DNA of 63,685 nt, counting the filler, from Intoshia linei (taxonomy: Eukaryota > Animalia > Orthonectida), in NCBI GenBank assembly GCA_001642005.1. It is 4 parts of 4 records of this genome, joined end to end, with 100 filler letters (N's around TTAATTAATTAA, not from the genome) between each part and the next. Parts side by side here need not be neighbours in the genome. Positions count along the whole stretch, not along the records: positions 1 to 31,920 come from LWCA01000332.1; positions 32,021 to 41,368 come from LWCA01001372.1; 2 more parts are not named here. The stretch is one strand, 5' to 3'. The translations under genes and the position numbers were made by a program. Of the stretch, positions 25,541 through 38,200 are shown in pieces (position 1 is the first letter of the stretch; every line of letters begins with the position of its first letter). Below the pieces are notes generated by a model. The model made no database searches, was not told the DNA's origin, and saw only the letters and a program-made list of their open reading frames with translations.

Positions 25541-28500
25541 ATGAGATATATCTACTTAACATTGGTGGTAATATCTTGTATTTCTATAATTTGGTCTGTA
25601 GAAATTAACTCAGATGAGAATTCAGACATAGTTGATAATACAGAAACACTAGAGCATATACCCGAAAAATTTGCAAATGAAAATACTGAATCTAATAATA
25701 CGAGCACTGAAACAAACGATACAGCACCAAAAGAGGACGTTGATGGTGGATTTGTATCTTTTGAAGATTGGAAAAATGAAATGAAAAAGAAAATACCTAA
25801 CAATGAGTCAAAAAAGAATGCAAATGTCAATAACGAGGTTCCATTAGACAAAGAAAATTATGACAATTTCTACATGAACACTAACCAAGCAAACATTAGA
25901 TGTGGTGCTAAAATTGTTGAAACAAACCCCCAAGCCAAACAACCGGGTTATGTTTTAAATGAAAATATTGATCAGTACCTTCTTAATTCATGTTCCGCCG
26001 AAAAATTTATGATTGTGCAACTTTGTGAACCCATAAAAATTGCTCAAGTAGCCGTAGGAAATTTGGAATTTTTTTCGTCGTCTCCAAAAGAAGCAGAATT
26101 GGAAGGTTCAGACCGATTCCCGGCAAAATCATGGATAAATTTAGGAAAAATATACATTGAAGACATTCGACAGGTTCAATATTTCACTTTACCGAAAATA
26201 GGAATATACATCAAATTTTTAAAAATTAAATTACTGACTCATCATGGAAATCAACACTATTGTCCCATTTCAATTATCAGAGCCTACGGTTTAACTATAA
26301 CTGATGATGATGATTACACGTACAGTCATATTCCTATACAAGAACCGATTAAACAACCGGAAAAAACTGTAGACACGATACCTACTGAAACTGAAACAAA
26401 TGTAAAACCATACAATTTTAATTTACACAGAAATAGTACTCTTCATGACACGTGTTTTTCAACCCAATTGCGTAAATGTGCTCCGATTATATGTTTATAT
26501 TTAAATGTTTTTAAGGGACGAAAAATAGTACACATTAAAAAAGATACTCCAGTTATTAAAATGGACGGTAGTACTAAAGAATTTGTACCCTTAAATGCGA
26601 AAACTGACACATATGAAATTCCAAACGGACATCAAGATCCTTTAGAATCTAATGAATTTAAAGATAACTTAAAAATTGATCCCGTCAAGTTGCATTTAGA
26701 TAAAAATGAAACAGTTATAAAGATTATCGATAAAAAGAAGGAAGAAAATACGACTGAAAACATTATTGAGAGTGACAAACTTGCTACTAAAAAATATGAT
26801 GAATCTCTCTATGATGATCCCAATGGTGAATTTTTTAATAACATAGGTGGCTCTAAAATTCACTCTTCTATTGCTCGTTTAAAAAACCAAGTCAGAGACT
26901 TGGAAGTTAACACTAATTTGAGTGGCACTTATTTGGAAAAACTATCGCAAAATTATAAAAAAACAATGGAATCTGTCAATAAAACAAGTCACATGTTAAT
27001 ATCTGATAATAAAAGGTTAAACGTACAAATCCAAGAAAATACAAATAGCAATATTTTTCTTAGAGAATATGTTAGTGCTATGAGTGGCTCCTTACGAATC
27101 AGTGCCTGTTCTGAAAATGAAAAGTTACTCAAGGACATTTATCAAGAACAAGTATTTCATTTTTTATTTACATATTATTTGTTTAGCAATTAGTTTTTAT
27201 TTAATTTCAAAATTTGAGTACTGAGTGGATTAAAATGTTTTTGTATATCGATAATATTTTATTTTTAAATTCAATTTTGATTAAACTGGAGATTTATGAC
27301 TCAGATTATTGTTCTAGAACAGATTTCACAATGTGTGTCGTGGTGGCATATATATAATAATGATAAAAACAAAGAACCAAATTTTTCAGGGGTCTGAAAT
27401 ATTTTATGAAAAATTTTATGGTTACTATCCATTAAAAACTCAATTTATGAATCGTTTATAACAGTTTATAATTTTTTAAAAATTTCTAAACTAGAAATTT
27501 GTGATTATTTACGAGCAATTTTTATGGATCATTTAACTTTAAAAAATTAATTCAGAAATTATTTTCCTATGCAAGATCAACTAATAATTGGATTAGAAAT
27601 CACTTGTTTAAATATTGAAGATGTTAAAAATTATCTATACCCTGCAGGATATTTTTGTAGGTTTATCTTGCGAAAATTTATTTAAGATTTACTATTGATA
27701 AAAATATTTAATATGGTAAAATTTGTGACCTGTCAAATTTAAAGTTTAATAACCACTGTTCTATACAATTCCGAGGCTTATTTCATTAGCTATTTTATTT
27801 ATTATCCAAAAAGGTTTGCTTTGACCGTGAAGGCATAAGTTTTATCATTATGTTTATAATTTTAAAATCTGTATCTATATTTTTTAAATTTACTAGTACT
27901 CATTTGATTTTTAAAATTAAATTTGTGATAAAAGATTTAATTGACGAAAAATTAGTAGTAGAAAGTGGTATTTTTAAATCTCTACTTTTCTCACTTTTTT
28001 TTCTAAATAAACTGGAACGAACAAATAAGAGCAAAATTAAACATACATAACTATTTTGCTTGTTAAATTAAAAATACCAAGTTAAGAGCCTTGGAGAAGT
28101 GTATATGATACTATTATGCGTTTTCGAAATTTCATTTTCTGGTGGCCTCGAGGTTGTTAGGTTTGGTTCTGATGACCCACGGGTCACTATATATTGTATC
28201 ATTATGATTAACTAATTATTTATTTTTAGATAATTTACATGGCAATGGTAACTTGCCTAGTATTTGTGGTCTTAATTTTTGGAATGTTTTTACGTATTTA
28301 CTACTCAAAGTTTAAAAGTTGTGAAAAGATAATTTCTAAATTTGGTAATGATCTCAAAATGTTGAAAAAGGAGTTAATTGAAGTGAAAGAAAAACAAACT
28401 ACCACTGATTTCAAATGCCGAAATACAGACATTTACACAAATAATGTGGAATGTAGCGATTCCATTACTGTTTCGCATATACCTCTAAATTTAAAAAATT

Positions 28501-28853
28501 GCCATCAAGATAGTGTCACATTAAGTAATTATAATGATTACCCGGAATACGGATATGATGAAATTGATGTAAAAGACTCGTTTAATGGTATTCATAGTTT
28601 AATTTAATAATTGATCATTAACTAAGTTACAAAATTAGATGAACAAATGGAAAATATAGACGATGCAAACGAAGCTACTCACACACAACTATCAGAATTG
28701 ACACGTACACATATTCCTCATTCTCCTTATAATTGTAACATTCAAGAAAACATTAATTATGCCAATAATGGTCATACAAAATGTCGACACATTTCAGATT
28801 CCAACGATTCAAATTCTTTGGGTAAACAATCTTTACTTGAAAAAAAAATATAA
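25541..28853 (+). CDS. SUCO: SUN domain-containing ossification factor / SLP1 homologue, 3 exons
   Basis: Signal peptide; mid-SUN domain (CGAKIV..N..A....L.EN.D.YLLN.C, QLCEPI, GNLEFFSSSPK); RLKNQVRDLEVNTNLSGTYLEKLSQNY coiled coil; TM helix in exon 2. Exons 25541-27151, 28230-28587, 28639-28853. Confidence 0.92.
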
Positions 28854-28908
28854 ATTTATAAATCCACCTTTGTACATACTTACTAATAAAATTTAATTTA
28901 CATAAAAA

Positions 28909-31081
28909 TTATTGATCGTATCCAGTCCAGTTGGTATGAACAAAATTTCCCGGATTTGATAAAAGTTCATATGTATGCGATCCGAAATAGTCGCGTTGTG
29001 CCTAATTTTTAAATCTTATATTAGATTTGTATTATTACCTGGGTTAAATTAGCTGGAACCCATTTCGATCGGTATCCATCGTAAAACGAAAGAGCTGAGC
29101 TCAAACAAGGAATGGGGATTCCGAATTGTGTTGCAATTACGACTGTTTTCCTCCATCCTTCCTAGTTTTTTTTTTATTAAAGTTGATATTAAATATAATT
29201 ATATCAGGCTGTTCCAAACATGGCCAGTGAGGACCAAAAAATAAATTTTACAACTTTCGCGGGTCCCAACGTTAAAAAATATAGTTCAAAGGCAAGTCGA
29301 AAAAGAAAAAATTTAATAGAAAACTACTACGAGTAACATGATATGAATATTACGCCAATTAAGAATATTATTAATATTTTATAAAGTTATAATAGTACAA
29401 AAGGTCCCAAAATTTAAAATTTTATCGTAAAGTACAAAAAGTAAAAAATTGAGAATAATTAGTACATTATTGTATATTATTAATTATTTCTAAAAAATTG
29501 AAATTATTGCTGGTAATATGGTATTTCTGTAAATCAATCTTTTTCAAAATATATATTACTAAACAATTTCGCGGGCCACGCTTTGGACCACCCTGAATTA
29601 GATATATTAAATGGGAGGTTTTATGAAAATAAACACGTTTATTTCTTTCTAAATATTATCACGGCGCCATATAAAATATGCCAATAACTAGATAAAACCG
29701 ATTGATTACAAATCCGTATACCCGTAAAAATAAATGTGAAATAAACAGACACCTACCAAACCCTGGAATTTTGACTAGGTTGGTAGTTTTAGTTCACAAA
29801 AGGTGGTTCTTTGTATTAATTTTAAATAATTCACATTTTAATTTTTTTATATAATAATTTACTAGACAACTCTAAAATTTCTACATACATTGTATTACCT
29901 GAGCATTGACAATAGCAGTCTTGAAAAAATCGTCAAATAATAAATTCTGTAATTTTGGTTTATTGTCAAATGCATTTTTAATATTTCCCAGGAATGTACT
30001 AATTTTGTAAATTGATATATGAATATATCTAACAATACCTTCTAATAATACAACCTCCACGCCACATTGATGCAATTGCACCCATGTTTAAATCCCATTT
30101 ATAGTTATCTGAAGCAGCTCGCATTGTCATGAAACCTTGAGTATAAGATATGATTTTAGCAGCATATAGTGCCTGTCTGGTGCATTCTATTAATTCTTTA
30201 ACATCACCAGTGAATTTTTTGGTTGGAGGTCCAACCAATATTGCACTGGCTTTCACTCTTTCATTTTTTAAAGATGACAAACATCTTGCAAAAACAGATT
30301 CAACTAAATGGAATGCAATTATTTTTAAAAATCTGTACCTATGAGCGTTAAAGGTACTCCGTCATTTAATGCATCGATTCCACTCCATTTTCCTGTACCC
30401 TTTTGTCCTGCGGCGTCCCTTATTTTATCGATCAAGTGTTTTCCATCAGGGTCTCGAAATTTAAAAATGTTTGCTGTAATTTCGATTAAATATGAATCCA
30501 GCTCGGATTTATTCCATTCTTCAAATGTCTAACACATTTTGAAAAATATTTAATATTTCTTACTTTTGAAAGTTCATCGTTACTTAAACCAGCCACGTCT
30601 TTTAGAATTGCATACACTTCAGCTATTACTTGCATATCTCCATACTCAATACCGTTATGCACCATTTTAACGTAGTGTCCAGATCCACCACCACCGACCT
30701 AGTTTAAACGTAAAAAAAAATACATGAGCCAGATGTGACATAATTAAAATATAATTACAAAGTCACAGCACGGTACATTGTCCACTTTCGCACTGATACA
30801 TTGGAATAATGGTTTGATGTGATCCCTAAGTTTAATTCAATTATGCAAAAATAATAATTACCATGCATCTGATGATCCCCCCGGCATCATAGACGGACCG
30901 TAGCGTGCTCCGATTTCTCCACCACTAATTCCGCACCCAATGAAATATAAACCTAGTCCCATCAATTCGGAATATCTCCTCTAGTCTAGAATAAATAATT
31001 CTTACAAATATATACCATTGTATCATTGTAATTAGAATTTCCTCCGTCGATGATAATGTCGCCTTTATTCAACAGTGGAAT
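28909..31081 (-). CDS. PGD: 6-phosphogluconate dehydrogenase, decarboxylating (5' exons not present before the gap)
   Basis: [78 protein letters not shown] across short introns. Confidence 0.97.
29205..29595. mobile_element. hAT MITE in a PGD intron
   Basis: TIRs CAGGCTGTTCCAAA / TTTGGACCACCCTG; TSD AATTATAT/AATTAGAT; subterminal CGCGGGCC. Confidence 0.75.
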
Positions 31082-31135
31082 CTAATTAGAATAAGAAATT
31101 CAAATAATCCTTTAATAATGATTATAATAATTTAA

Positions 31136-31415
31136 GGGTGTCTACTTAAATCAAACCATTTTTACTAAAAATCAATTTACCAACACTAACAGGAAAAATT
31201 GCAGTTTTACCAACCCTAAAGGAAAATTCTAGTTTTAACAACCTTTAATTGAAAAATCTAGTTTTACTAACCCTAAAAGGAAAAATTCCAGTTTTACCAA
31301 CCTTTAAGGGAAAAATCCAGTTTTACCAACCCTAAAAAAAAAATTCCCGTTTTACCAACCCTAAAAGGAAAATTCTAGTTTTACCAACCTTGAAGGGAAA
31401 AATCCAGTTTTACAA
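31136..31415. repeat. Tandem array of about 8 units of 28-30 bp (AGTTTTACCAACCCTAAAAGGAAAAATCC), foldback-like arm
   Basis: Directly visible head-to-tail units preceded by the GGG(T/C)GTCTA terminus. Confidence 0.85.
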
Positions 31416-31920
31416 AATTGCAGAGTATCCCATAACTCAATATCACAAACAAAACAAATGAAGTTCTTAAATAGAAACATTATCGATAAACAAGTTATAA
31501 ACGCTTTAACTTAAACTGATAATGAAACAAAAAACTTTTTAAAACAACATAAAATTTTCGTATCAAAATGGATAGTATTTATCACGTCAGTATTTTAATC
31601 CGTAAAGTTTCAGTATTTTAGATGGTTTGTCAGTAGAAATATTAAATTTTCAGTTTATATAATGGATTGTCAGTGTTTTAGGTGCCAGTTGACAAGGTGT
31701 CAGTATAAATAATGGATTTTCAGTATTTAAATTAAATGTTCTGTATAAATTCAAACTGACAAAAAATGCTTTTGTAAAATATATTACAATACTATACTAT
31801 TGCCATAATTACATTCTATTTGTTCTCATAAAAAAATATTCTCTATAGAATAGAATAGAATATTCTCACCATAGAATATTTCTAATTTTTTTGTAATATG
31901 GTTTGTAGGTATAATATGGT

Positions 31921-32020
31921 NNNNNNNNNNNNNNNNNNNNNNNNNNNNNNNNNNNNNNNNNNNNTTAATTAATTAANNNNNNNNNNNNNNNNNNNNNNNN
32001 NNNNNNNNNNNNNNNNNNNN
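31921..32020. other. Artificial contig spacer (N44-TTAATTAATTAA-N44)
   Basis: Same 100-nt construct at three places; stop codons in all six frames. Confidence 0.97.
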
Positions 32021-32765
32021 AATATTATATAAATAACAAATAATGTTATAAAATAAATTATATTTTTACAATTCGGTTATTATTAAATTTTAATTCAATA
32101 TTACAATTTATTACAATTTTACAATTTAAATAACGGAATGAAACAATCAACAAAAATATATAAATAATTATGAATTTAAAATATTAAATTTCATTCAGCA
32201 AGATTAATTTTAATTAACAAAGATTAAAATTAAAACACTTTTTACTTTTGACGATATCGCTATAATCCAGATAAATAACATTGATAGAGAAATTGTCAAT
32301 CGTTTTCTAATGTTTAAACTGTTTGATTTTAATACAATCATTAATCTGTACACTAATAACCACCAAAGTAAACGAAATTACAAATATACTTGTTGATTTA
32401 GTAAATGTCATAAATTTACACATTAGTTGACCATATACACACCGATTCGGTGTCACGATTTCGCATACCAGTCCATCGTTTGGTTGTACTCTCTGCCCCT
32501 ATTACCACTTCTTGAGCGTATATATTTCGATATATTTTTAGTCATGGCATGGGAATTTGTAGGTGAGTTATTATTTATTTTGATGTTAAATTCGGAAAAT
32601 TTTCATTGTAATATTTCTAGTTTTTCCTCTGATATCTTGAAAAACAGTTTCGGTGTATGTTGTTATCCAAAGCATCAGAGGTTGTGTAATTTATTGCAGC
32701 GGTTTGGTATAAATTCATTTGGAGTTGTTTTAATAACCGATGTATCGATAATAATCTTATCATTT

Positions 32766-32960
32766 TCAAATTGTTTGTCTAAACCACAGTCTATGTAAAT
32801 TTTGTAAATTCGTAAACACCTTGTTCCGATCTACATCAGTTTGATCGCAATAACTCGCCTCTTGCTCCATGACCCTTCGCATGCCTACAATCTCACGTGT
32901 ATACCCATCTGTATATCGTTCCATGGTATTAACTTCTTGATATGGGTTGCATTCTGACAT
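32766..32960 (-). CDS. Possible first exon of an unidentified gene or pseudogene
   Basis: ORF with higher GC than background (MSECNPYQEV...DRNK) followed by a GT donor; downstream frames do not join cleanly. Confidence 0.3.
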   Translation of the reverse strand: MSECNPYQEVNTMERYTDGYTREIVGMRRVMEQEASYCDQTDVDRNKVFTNLQNLHRLWFRQTI

Positions 32961-34439
32961 TGTATTATTATCTTGGTTAATTTTAGTCGCAATTAAATTA
33001 TTATGATTATAACCATATGGCGAGTTATAGAGAGAATACTGTAGTTTAAATATCGACGCATTGTTTCTAGAGAAACATTTATTAACATTAATGTAAAGCA
33101 GAAGATAAACGTAAAGATGTTTCTTTTATATATTATTTTTAATATCAGTATGGTTTATGTTATTATTTGATCTTCTATAGTCATCACTAAATTGATATAT
33201 ACGAAATGATCTTTAGATTGACTAATTTGATGTCTATGATGTTACTGTTTTTTGTTTAAGATTGATATATGTATATGAAGTTGTCCTTTGACGGTCTATT
33301 ATAAAAATAATATCCACCTCCCAAGTAAGCACATAACGTAAAAATTTTAACAAAATTTCCATTCAACTTGTAATAGTAATTGTATAAAATGAAAATGACA
33401 ACGCGCAATAAATTTTTAATCAGTAAAAGTATTGTATTTATTATTAACGACTAAAACAACGCAGTATTTTTTTATATAAGTTGTGGGTGATCCTTCCATA
33501 CTGTCCACGTCATTTCTTTAGGTGCAGGCATTTTATGCCATTAATTAAATATATTTTATTGGTTATTCTCAGCCAAATTTATAAAGCCCAATTTATTTGT
33601 TCACTTTAAACAGACTAACATTTTAAGTTTTTAGCTTTCAATTTTTAATTTTTTGCATTATATTTAGAAAATTAGCTTAATCTCGTAAAGGTTAAATTAA
33701 TATTAGAAAATTTTTGATTATAAAGAGTCTATTGTATTTAGCGTCCTTTACGTTTAAAACTGTTGATTTATCAATTTAATTTTATTATTATTTATTAATT
33801 TTATTTTCAGATAAAGTTATGAATTTGCGTACCAAATGTAAAAATGAAAATGATATGAATCAGCGAATGAATCTTTAATCCATTAACCAAATAAATGCAT
33901 GTAGATAGTACCTTACTATTTTTTACATTTAAATATTTAAATTAATGTTTATTTTTTATAAAATTAAACATTTGATCGAAATTCGATCATCGAGCGGTTA
34001 ATTCGTCTCCTGTATGTCTTTAAGTTTAATTGACGAAACGTTTGGTATTCTGTGAAACAAATATAGTCATTCCAGCATTTTTCTGTAGACTAAAACTGTT
34101 TATGGATTGCGTCAACATTAAACTTGAAATATTGAATAGATTTTAAGTAAATTAAAACATACCGCTAATCAATTCCAAAGTAAACAATGTCCGTTATGTT
34201 GTGAGGTGTGGGTCATCGTTCAAATTATATAATTCCCAGATAAATCTGTATTTAATGTCCATAGTAACTATTGAATAACTAGATTCTAGAATTAAAAGAA
34301 AATTATAACATTGAATTAATTGACTGTAAACCAATGTCATAGATAAAAATTATATTGACTATTAAAACAAAAAATAATTAATTTTAATTAGTCTACCCAG
34401 TAAAATACAATTTCAATAAATAAACTTTAAAATAAACAA

Positions 34440-34616
34440 ATGGGTTCAATAATATGTCGTTACAATTCAAACTACGAACAAAATGCTGAAGAGTAAAATT
34501 TCTAAAAACATAGACATAAATTTAGACAAATGGAAAAACAATGCTTATTAACACAGGCGATGGAATGCACCAATCCATTTTCGCCGAAATATTGTCCAAT
34601 GGATATAATTGATTAG
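34440..34616 (+). CDS. Candidate 47-aa spliced microprotein
   Basis: AAA-ATG-G start; 33-nt GT-AG intron 34493-34525 keeps the frame; MGSIICRYNSNYEQNAEEQMEKQCLLTQAMECTNPFSPKYCPMDIID*. Confidence 0.4.
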
Positions 34617-34641
34617 AATTTATTAAACCGTGTACATGACT

Positions 34642-35139
34642 TTACAAAATTCCATTTCGTGTGTAAAAGGTTTGTTGAATTATATTAATTGATGAATGTT
34701 GAGATTTTTTATCATTTGATACTTCGTCAAGATTCCAGCCATAATGCCAAGAAGATAAAATTGGGTAATTGTACTTTTCTTTGGGGTTAATTTGATTTCG
34801 TCGATTTAAATAATCATATCTTCCTTTATAATCTTGGCTAATTCCGTCGTATAACCTAGACTTTGTATCTGAATCAACGTCCTTCATGGCCTTTTCAACG
34901 TTTGTAAATTTTATTTGGCACTCTTTTTGAATATTCTTTTTGTCCAAATCTTCCTGGAGCTTGACTTTTAAGGCAAACTCGGATGGATCCGGAGGAATAG
35001 CGTTAAATGGTTTTTCATTGTCAATTACTGCCTGCTTCAATCGCGTTTTTCGATAAAACTCCAATTGTGTAGTAGTTTCTTTTATAAATTGTTGCTTGAA
35101 AAATTCTTGTACCTTGAAATCCGTTAGAGAACGTACCAT
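34642..35139 (-). CDS. SPMIP1: SPMIP1/ATP6V1FNB-like ciliary microtubule inner protein
   Basis: Intronless 165-aa ORF with M..V...T...LYDGIS....GRY.YL..R....P.EKY.YP..SSW.YGW and C-terminal TFYTRNG. Confidence 0.8.
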   Translation of the reverse strand: MVRSLTDFKVQEFFKQQFIKETTTQLEFYRKTRLKQAVIDNEKPFNAIPPDPSEFALKVKLQEDLDKKNIQKECQIKFTNVEKAMKDVDSDTKSRLYDGISQDYKGRYDYLNRRNQINPKEKYNYPILSSWHYGWNLDEVSNDKKSQHSSINIIQQTFYTRNGIL

Positions 35140-35264
35140 GATAAAAAATGCAAATCAATATCGTTTTAAAAATTTTCAATAATAATATTCAATGTTTACA
35201 AATAAAGCAAAATCTGTGTCAAACATTTATTTTATTCACAATTATATAGGTACAATGTAAGAAA

Positions 35265-38200
35265 CTAATTTAGTAAAATTTGACTGAATACGTTGGAGAG
35301 ATATTTTATTTTGTTGTTATTCATTTGAAGGTTATTGGTGAATGATTGAATTACCATGTTTAAATCCCATATAAATTTTTTTTCGGCCTGATTCAATAAC
35401 CCTGATGTATTTGATTCATTTGCCTTCAGTGTACCCATTTTAGGGTTGTAATTGAAAACTATATAATTAATTTTCCCAGCTTCACATGATTTTGATGTAT
35501 GGGGTGTTTCGACAAATTTTACCTGAAATAAAATATATACACAATAGAAAAACCCATTGTGACCTCTACAATTGATTGCACAGCGCGCTATCATTTAAAA
35601 AAATATAAAAAATTTTTCACTTTTGAATTGACGATAGTGACTACATAACAACCACCTTCAGTGCGTTCTCCGAAAAAATTAGAAGAAGCACTACGTGGTT
35701 CAAGTGGATTGTTTAAAATGATGAAAAATTACCAAAAACAATAAGCATTCATTAACCACTTGTAATGTGCATTCACCCATTTTGCCTAAAAGAGTTCGTG
35801 GTGGTGGATTTGTAAAAACAAGTTTCATGGACCTTTTATTTCTGGTATGATTATACTGCAATGAAAATTAAAAAATATATACAAAAATAGAACCATTTCC
35901 ATTCTCATCAAATCTATAAATTGTAAAACAATATGGATTGGATAACCCAACACTGTGTAAAAGGCAAATATGGTAGTTTTTACAAATGGATATATAGCAA
36001 TCTGAAAAAATTTCATTAATTTATATATTTATTTTGTTAATTTAAAAATAAAAACCCGAGTTCTGAAATAATTGTCCACTACATCTGTGTCCTCATTTTT
36101 TATATATTCATAACCTAAAATAATTTAATAAATGTAAACAATATAAAAACCACATTTTGGAAAAGGTGATCCGTTTTTAGAAACGGGTCCATGACCTGCT
36201 TAATCTGTCGTTAATGTAGTTCAGGGATTCTGAACGGCGATTTTTCTATTTTATTTCACAAAATACATAATCTAATACAAAATTTTTAAGGTCAAAAATT
36301 ATTCCCTTAAATTTCATAGCTAAAATAACATACAAAGATATGACAATTTTTGGAAGATAATTATTGGTTCTATGGGTCAATTCTTCAAAAATTTTAGTAA
36401 CAGTAACAACTTGATACTAACAGGTAATTGAAAACATTCACTATAGTAAATTTTATCAATTTAAAAATAAGTGATTTTTATTTTGAATTATGGAAGAGGG
36501 CGATTTTAAAAAATATGTGTAAATTATGATCTTAAAGAGACGGTTCTAAAAAAGTTGAGAACCCCTGCTGTATTACAAAAAAAAAACCTATTAATAAAAA
36601 AAACCTGGAGTATTAGTAAATTGAACAGCCAATTGACTCAAGGCATAATCATAATAAAACTGACATTGACACTCTCTAAATTTGATTAACAAATTATCCT
36701 GATCAAACATTCTGTCATTCTAAAATTGTGACTAAAAAACTAAAAAACATAAAATACCTTAAAATTAGGTAAATTTGCAACTTCAATAATATTATTAGCC
36801 ATAACAGTGCTTCCAAGAAACATGTAAAAAATGGAAAAGGAACAAGAAAAAGGATCAACAAGATGACAACAAGGAATATAACGATCTCTAGAAACATTCA
36901 TAATAAACCTGAAAAAATCCAAACTAATAATAATGGGGCTAGTTGCAAATTGATTTCTTTTTGTAACATCAAATCTATAAGTCGTTTCATTAAAATTGAA
37001 ACTTTTATTTTTTAAATATTCATTATAAATGTGAAAATTAATTTTGAAAAATTCGGTAAAATTTAGAATGGGCAACAATTTATCTTGATAAGAATACATA
37101 TCCTTCAATTCAACATTATTATTTGAATACGTAATTTCCAATAAAAAGCAATCCTTGAATCTTAAAACTATTTTATTATATAAAATGGGAGTAATGTGAA
37201 TAAATTGCACGCATACAGCAACGTTTTTAAAAGATTCTAAATCATAATAAAAAATTTTAGAACCAAACGGATTTAAAGCAGTATAAAAATGGTACGTTTC
37301 ATAAACTTTGCAAACAATATTAAATAAATTTTTGACATTATCAACTTCAAATAGCTTAGTAAATTCACTAGCCAATCCAGCTTGAGGATTCTTGTAATTT
37401 TTGTTATTTGAAAGATAAACAACTAAACCTTGTTTACCATATTTTAGAGATAGTGAATAATCATAATGTAATCCATAATGAAACGTGGCAGTAACGAAAT
37501 CGAAATATTGTAAAAATATAAAATCGTTATATTTATGAATCTCTTTTAGTAAATATTCCACATTTGAATAAATTGAACAAATTTGACACCAAAATATTTG
37601 AAAATAAAGAGAAATTGGTCTAAAATTGTGAGACCGATCATAGGATAAAACTGGAAAATTTTTTAGAATACAATTCGGGTTGTCATATTTAATGGGATAA
37701 TACGATAATACTGTTTTTATATTAAAGATTGAAAATTCAAATAATTTTTTTTTATAAATTTTGATACTGAGAATGAATTTATAAATATTACACGGAATGA
37801 CGGTGGATAAGTGTTCAACGTTCAACGAGAGTGCATGTGAATTTGTCAATTGCTCTGTTAACAAGACATTCATTTGTAAATTTATAGTATTCATTGAAGC
37901 CTTTATTTCTACAAAATCAATTTTTGAAGATAAGCACGTAAAAACTTGAATAACTTCAGTGGCATAAAAACATTTATCGGTATTATCCCGGTATGCAATG
38001 ACGGAGTTTTTGTAAAATTCAGTTTTTTTAATTTTCACCAAAATTTCTTCAAAATTGACAACATTTAACTCTTTAATATCAAACTGAAGTCCCATATTTT
38101 CACAATTATTAACGTGGACACGTTTCAAGTATTTAATTAAAATTGAGGAACTTGGTGAGTATTTTTTATTATTTTCTATAGATATTTCATTGCAATGAAC

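Noticed and set aside
25552-25851. Antisense ORFs overlapping SUCO, PGD (30150-30532) and MED14 (38343-38570)
   Set aside because: Shadow frames of real coding exons with no independent motifs.
31160-31415. CRISPR-like ~30-bp periodic array
   Set aside because: Units are head-to-tail with no unique spacers, there are no cas genes, the context is a eukaryotic intron, and the unit recurs in dispersed TE-like copies.
31965-31976. TTAATTAATTAA as a biological motif
   Set aside because: Centred identically in three 100-nt N runs; it is an assembly linker.
35545-35710. Firm call of RNase MRP or H/ACA snoRNA
   Set aside because: The CR-I/P4 partner and properly placed H and ACA boxes were not found; kept only as an unclassified candidate.
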